A stretch of DNA of 64,000 bases. Origin: Octopus sinensis (Eukaryota). The notes under the pieces are model-generated. The model was given only the letters and a program-made list of their open reading frames with translations. It made no database searches and was not told the origin of the DNA. The stretch spans positions 806,001-870,000 of the forward strand of contig NC_043008.1 of NCBI RefSeq assembly GCF_006345805.1. The letters run 5' to 3'. This document shows, in pieces, positions 55,160 to 64,000 of the stretch. Positions within the stretch are counted from its first letter, which is position 1; each line of letters opens with the position of its first letter. The position numbers were made by a program, and so were the translations under genes.

Positions 55160-55358
55160 AAATTTCAAATTTCAGCAAAAGTCCAGGACTTTCGCGGGAG
55201 GGGGTAATATCAATCACTTCGACTTCAGTGTTCAACTGCTACTTACTTTATCGATCACGAAAGGTAATGTCGTTCTCATCAGAATTTGAACTCGGAACCT
55301 AAAGATGGGCAAAATACCACTAAATCCTGTTTGCTAACGATTCTGTCACTTCTCAGCC
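55160..55358 (-). mobile_element. SINE family A, degenerate
   Basis: gaatttgaactc...gctaacgattctgtca. Confidence 0.6.
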
Positions 55359-55848
55359 ATATTTATGAAGAGAGAAAATATTAAAATTGCTAAAGCTAGC
55401 TCGTGAAAAGATGGGAAAATTTTTTTCATATCGTTTTAGCGTTATATTCGTAAATAACACTCCCAGTAGTGGAATAGATTATAGACGTAAGAAGGTTCTT
55501 TCAACAAATAATCTCAGTTTTAAATTAAAATAGAACAAAAAGAGGGGGGAAAAACCTTCGCTAGATCACCTGTAAACCCTAAACGTTTTATCAGTAAAAT
55601 GCAAAACGAAATATAAAAGTATACTGCAACAGCAGGCATCACCTCTAAATTAAACAACGTGGCTTAAAGGATTTAATATGCGAAGAAAGAAGATTGGGTA
55701 AAATTGAACAGAATCTATGTAGCAGAAAAGGCTTTAAGTTTAACTGTAATATTCTCTGAGCACAAAAAGATATTGAACAGAAACCAACATAAACATCTCG
55801 GTTAAATGAAGTGCTGTTGTTTCCACAAATCCTCATAATTCTTTCTTC

Positions 55849-56150
55849 TGGAGGCGCAACGGCTCATTGGTTAGGGTAGCAGACATGCGATTGTAGGGGG
55901 TGGTGGCGAAATCTGCTGTACTCTTTCACCACAACTTTCTCTCACTCTTTCTTCTTGTTTCTGTTGTAGCTATATTTCAAAGGGCCAGCCTTGTCACTCT
56001 CTGTGTCACGCTGAATCTCCACTGGAAAACTACGTTAAGGACACACGTGTCTGTGGAGTTCTCAGCCACTTGCACATTAATTTCACGAGCCGGCTGTTTC
56101 GTTGATCGGATCAACTGGAACACTCGTCGTCGTAACCGACGGAGTGCCAC
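55849..56150 (+). mobile_element. SINE family C with internal deletion
   Basis: ggaggcgcaacggctcattggttaggg...cgtcgtcgtaaccgacggagtgccac. Confidence 0.9.
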
Positions 56151-56558
56151 GATAATACTTATTTTATCGTCTCCAAAACAGTGAAAAACAATGTCGGCCT
56201 TAGCAGCATTTGAACTTATAGCGTAATTTGGCATTTGGACTCATAACGTAAACCCTGAAGAAATACCAATAATTCTGCCTGCTTACCGATATTATAATCA
56301 TTCTAACGCAATGCGAAGCAGCTTAGGTAATCATTTGCTACACCTGAGCATGGAGTAATTTTATTCGTATGTCGAAATAAGTTAATACCAACGTATTAAC
56401 ATTATGATGTGCATTTACATCTCATTACATCAGCTTTGGAAATATGCACACGAATCCGCTTAGACCTCAAAACGAAATGCATAAAATCAATCACAAACAC
56501 AGGTGCACATGATAATACATATATACACACACACACATGCACACACATACACATGATA

Positions 56559-56711
56559 AAAGGTGAGCTGGTAGAATTGTTAGTGCGTAGGCTAATGTGC
56601 TTAGCGGCATTTCGTCCGTCTTCACGTTCTGAGTTCAATTTCCGCCATGGTTGACTTTGCTTTTCATCCTTTCAGGGTCGATAAAATAAGGAACAGTTGG
56701 GTACTGGGGTA
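56559..56711 (+). mobile_element. SINE family A
   Basis: aaggtgagctggtagaattgttag...gttctgagttcaatttccgcc...tttcagggtcgataaaataag. Confidence 0.8.
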
Positions 56712-56740
56712 GAAATTTGAAATCAATATATATCACAATC

Positions 56741-56825
<85 letters not shown>

Positions 56826-56831
56826 GTATGT

Positions 56832-57160
56832 ATAAGGGTGAAAAGGAACACACGAATTGATATATATGAAAAAACAAGTCAAGATAGAAAATGCTAAAAT
56901 AATTTTATAAAGAACATTTCAGTACAGGTTTCGGTCGTTTGAGACCTTTTCAACTGTAACGATTAAATAATTAAATTTAGAAAAAGTTTTTTCAAAAGAA
57001 TATTTGTTTTTCCCTTATACCTATGTGAGTTATTTCTGAGTATGCATTGTCTGGGAGACTTTTCTTAAAGTAGAAGAAATAGCTAAATTTTTGGCTGCTA
57101 TTTCTAAATAGTTCGGTATGTGGTAAAGTAAAGTATTTTACTGAACCCTATTTTTATAAA
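56832..57160 (-). mobile_element. Short element with hammerhead-like motif (U3-A8 core; family unrelated to 14497)
   Basis: Reverse complement of 56918-56958 reads tacag TTGAAAA ggtc tcaaac gacc GAAA CCTG TA ctgaa; element boundaries set by flanking microsatellites. Confidence 0.65.
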
Positions 57161-57187
57161 GTAATATATATACATATATATATATAT

Positions 57188-57385
57188 AGTTAATCCAAAC
57201 CAGAAAGCAGAAAATAACACAACAACGCGAGGACGTGGAACAAATATGGAACGCTCAGGAAAGAAGGAAAGAAGGAGGGTGTAAAGTTTCGAGCGGAGCT
57301 CTTCGTCGGAAACATAGGAGAAGGAAATATCCAGAGAAGGGAAGACAGAGGGAAAAAAATCGCCAACGGTACACACGCGGTCACA
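57188..57385 (-). mobile_element. Short element with hammerhead-like motif (CCGACGA core) inside (TA)n/(CA)n
   Basis: Reverse complement of 57278-57316 reads tgttt CCGACGA a gagc tcc gctc GAAAC TT TA cac. Confidence 0.7.
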
Positions 57386-57413
57386 CACACACTCACACAC
57401 ATACATACACACG

Positions 57414-57500
<87 letters not shown>

Positions 57501-57638
57501 TACATACATACTTACATACATACATGCATAAATCAAAAGTTGAAAGCGTCTTAAACTGAGGTATTTGTCTCAAGAAAGTATTTCTTATACACGTATAAAA
57601 AAAAGAGTTTAGAAAAAAGAACAGGAAAATTATTCAGT

Positions 57639-57840
57639 ATATTGTTGTGTCTGGGGAGAGTCATTCTCTTTTGCTGCTTTATAATTAAACACACTCAACA
57701 GTAAAATCATTGAAAAGGTTGCAAGACGCAACGAAAATTTTAGAAAAATAAAAAAAGAAATAAGTGGAAATTTTACCGGTGAGTGTGTTAAATTATAAGG
57801 CACCAAAAGAAAATTACTCTCCCCAGACACAACAGAATAT
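57639..57840. mobile_element. Second copy of the 14497 element with an inverted duplication of its 3' part
   Basis: Arms 57639-57707 and 57770-57839; TTGAAAA-core motif in the loop at 57710-57744. Confidence 0.8.
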
Positions 57841-58431
57841 GCTTCAACACACGAACTCACATAAAGAATCTTGCAAACCAAATCCAAGAACGAAACATTT
57901 CGTATTTGATATATTCCTGTCTTTTTAATGCTATACGTGTATAAAAGACGCTTTTTCTCCAGACGAATGTCGCATCTTTGAAGGCTTTCAATAGAATATA
58001 TGTTCTAAGAATGATAAACAGATTAGTAATTTGAACTGATCTGCTTCTCTCAGTAATAAGAAATTGATATATAAGTTTAATTTGTTGCTTTGCCACTATA
58101 ATAGGTTTTAGAGCTTCATAATTCAGGTGTTATTAGCCGCTAGCTTTACTTAGTTCTGACAAAGTGTATTAAGATGCTATCTATATGTCTAGACATGATA
58201 TAGAACGGTCAAATTTCCAACAGCCACCTACAGAGTTTATAATTTAAGTGTATACAGTTCTCACTTTCTTTCCCTATTTCTATATTGCTTTTTGCAGTTT
58301 GTTTTCATTTTGAATCTTCAACCTATAAAAGCCTGTATCATATTAAAAGAAAAAAATAACAAAAACAACTTTCAGGTAAGAATTAATGACGCTGTTGTAG
58401 GATTGAATTTGTTTCTGTTCGTACAAACATA

Positions 58432-60724
<2,293 letters not shown>

Positions 60725-60970
60725 TATCTATCTGTCTGTCTGTCCGTCCGTCTGTCTGTCAGTCAGTCTGTCTGTCTGTCTGTCTGTCTGTCTGTGTGTC
60801 TGTCTGCTAGTCTATCTGTCTGCCTGCATGTCTGTATGTCTGTCTGTATGTCTGTCTGTATGTCTGTCTGTATGTCTGTCTGTATGTCTGTCTGTATGTC
60901 TGTCTGTATGTCTGTCTGTATGTCTGTCTGTATGTCTGTCTGTATGTCTGTCTGCCTCTCTATCTGTCTG

Positions 60971-61042
<72 letters not shown>
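60725..61042. repeat. (GTCT)n/(ATGTCTGT)n/(ATCT)n tract, 3' flank of Tx1
   Basis: Direct inspection. Confidence 0.95.
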
Positions 61043-61043
<1 letters not shown>

Positions 61044-64000
61044 TGACTGACACGATGTCGCATCGGCTCCGCAGGTAATTCATTTTTTTGACCTTTTATT
61101 GCACACATTTTGTTTCAGTTTTTGCACACAAGGTGTCTGAAGGACCTAGCTTTCGTTAGGGTGTGTTTCCAAGGGAGGAATTGACCCCTATGGGTAGTTT
61201 CAAACTAGTTACGTTTCTATTTTCTTCGATTTCCCTGCCATATTTCTAAACAAATATGGCTAAGCGAAACCATGAGGCCGACTTCCCGCCTCTACCAATG
61301 CTAGATATGAAAGAAGCTGAAAGGAAACCCGTTCCGCGTGAACGCACACAAGCCTTAGAAGGCACGAATGCTTCTGCTACTATAATCACTGCTTCCACCA
61401 CTGCTACCACATAACACATAACACACATAGCACACCGCAATCTCTCTATCCGGATGCAGTTGGGAGATTTCAAAAATATTTGTCCCAAAAACTATGGAAA
61501 AACCTTCTGGAAGAAATTCTGGTTTAGTTATTGTACATAAGTATAATGATATCACCAATTTGCAAGTATGGAGGATATTATACTAGCTTGAAGAGGTCTA
61601 ATAAACCCAAAACATGTCCAGTGGTTTCATCCGCACATACCTAAATCTTATTAAACTAGTGTTTACTTCTCAGATTATAAATATGAATCTTTAGTTAGAT
61701 TTCCCCTATCATTTCATTAAGTTGTCTTGTATTGATTTGATTTATAGCTTTCAAGCAGATGGCGCACCTGGATGGATAATTGGCATCAGTCAGTATGATA
61801 ATTTGTGACATCACTAATGTTGATTGTCAATTCATTATGCGTAAATATATTAGATCATCATCAAATGTCAGAACACTTATTGAGAACAGAAGACTGTTTT
61901 CTCTGATATATGTATTAGACAAGTCATGTTACATCCACTCGCACAGAAAGGATTCTACCACTTGTAACATTCAATCTTTCTATGAAATCTCTATGCATTT
62001 GTTCGGCCAGCAAATTTACAGCTAAATCTTCTTCAGATACTATATAATATCTTAAAAATGGTCTAATACTGAATATCAGCCGATATCGGACACAAGCCAG
62101 AATAGCAGTCGAAAGACTAAATTTCGATACACAAAAAATGTTTTCGCAGCACATAAAGATATCATAGAAAGATAGAAGTGAAATATCATCACTTAACGAA
62201 CCCTAATACCTGTCCAAAAGTAAGATTTCTTTAGCTGGTTTTCAAAACTCAGCAAACATTTACTGACGATTTAGAAATACAGATTTGTCTAACTTATGCA
62301 ATAAGGAAAAGAACACCGGCGAATCAAAATATTGAATGCTGTTTACGTCATCACAGACTTCGACAGACATCAGGAAAATATACACGCCTCTGGCTCACAA
62401 ATATACACACATGCACTAATATAAAGAAAATGAGCAAACATTACATTAGAAAGTCTAGAAATTCTTTAATACATCAGGAAACGTATTAAAAACACCTTCA
62501 GATAATTAAAAATATCGCACCCAATCTCTTCAGCAATAATGAAACATTCTTAAAACCACCACCAAAATACTTTCCATTATAAATCGCATCGTGTTTTGAC
62601 TAAACAGAGGCTTCCATGAGCGAGATAGTGTTATAATGACATATTAAATCTTCTATCCAATATATAAATATCACAACTAGTATACACGAAAAGAAAATGT
62701 ACGGATTAATACCAGATTCAAGATATAAATCAGTAAAATTCAGTACTTCAGGATAATGAGCTTTTGCATATCTCTACTGAGCGCACATAACTCCCCACAC
62801 CGGGTTACCTAACGGAATCTCCACACTTTGATAATCACACAAACACCTTGAGGGCGTTGGTTCATCGTAATTGAACATAATCTACTTTAAAAATGATCCG
62901 TACTGTAGCACGAGTCATACACACCACCAAGCCAAATGTAAGATAAACAAAAAGCACAAAGTACTTACTGTGAAATCACATTTTGCTTCACACGTCGAAG
63001 TACAAAAACAATTTGAAAAGTATTTTCTCAACTTTTCTCGGATCAGCATACTCGCATATGGATATAGAAAGCAAAAAAAGGAAACAAAAATTGATAAAGC
63101 GATATGGAACGCGTTTTAAACAATAAATACAATCAAAGTTTTTAAAAATAGAACAACAATCCAATCAACATCAGAGATACAACAATAAATAAATAGATGT
63201 AATGCAATTACAGATGCATCGAAAACCCACGCGCATATTATGGAAGGGGACGTAGGAAGGAAATGTGAGCTCATGGAAATAAACTGAACGTAGAAGTCTT
63301 AAACACGATACGTCAAAACGACGCCACACAAAATAAAACTCCGTTCCAAACGATTAAATAAGAAGGAAATAGATGAAATAACAGACGAATGACTTTCCTA
63401 TCCATACCCTAAAATATACTATGATATCTAATACTTCATATTGCTAAGCCAGACAATCCCTTTCCCCCCAAAATATGGGATTCAAATAATTACATTCATC
63501 CACACCGTTACACAGAAACCTCAGTGAAAACGTCATGGCTTCAAGAGCTGAGAAACCTACCGTTCAAAGGTTGCGACTCTGCTCGCTGCTATCAACATAT
63601 CGAAAGAAAAAGAACGAAAAACAAAAAGCTTAGAAAATTTATCTACCATTTTATGAAATTTCGTTAGGGTTACGTTAGATAGCAGACAATTTCCATGCCG
63701 GCAAATGCGTAATGTAACACAACACTTCCTAAAGCCGCAATTTACCGACATGTCATATCGTCTTGTGATTTCAACCTTTATCTATTTGAATTATCCAAAC
63801 GTCTATATAACCTTATGTAGATGTTTTTTGTCTCACATCATCCTAAATCATTCAAAATACCGCTGCACATCTACTCCGACCATATATAAAATCACAAGTC
63901 TAAGAATACTACGCTAGACTTGCTGTAACACCTTCAATTTTCTTGCAAAACGAGAGAAACACCAAACGAATGAAACAACATTAATTAACAACAGAATCAT

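Noticed and set aside
61257-61415. Short ORF MAKRNHEADFPPLP...
   Set aside because: Only about 52 codons; might be a LINE ORF1 start but cannot be supported.
62300-63500. Possible very old REL-type LINE remnant (KIDKAIWNAF...KCELMEIN)
   Set aside because: Similarity too faint to call without an HMM search.

Overview
AT-rich, repeat-saturated eukaryotic DNA, most likely an intronic or intergenic stretch of an octopus (coleoid cephalopod) genome. The organism is inferred from the very dense (TA)n, (ATCT)n, (ATGT)n, (TAA)n and (GAT)n microsatellites and three recurring tRNA-derived SINE families. No host protein-coding gene can be supported, and almost all listed ORFs are translated microsatellites. 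Real coding signal is limited to transposons: a young 5'-truncated Tx1/L1-clade LINE with an uninterrupted ORF2 remnant (58707-60347), plus decayed fragments of RTE, CR1, R4-like (REL), Penelope (GIY-YIG), maT (DD37D) and Tigger elements. Non-coding mobile elements include a complete non-autonomous Helitron and several MITE-like foldbacks. Two observations stand out. (1) Several unrelated short elements next to microsatellites, often as inverted duplications, carry type I minimal hammerhead-ribozyme folds whose cores covary at the tertiary 3-8 pair (C3-G8, U3-A8, G3-C8). (2) One SINE variant has a 3' tail matching the 3' end of the Tx1 LINE (27/33 nt ungapped) and appears to insert at a GGTAT..GTCTG site inside its own family, building head-to-tail multimers. 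All calls come from reading the sequence by eye; boundaries of decayed elements are approximate.
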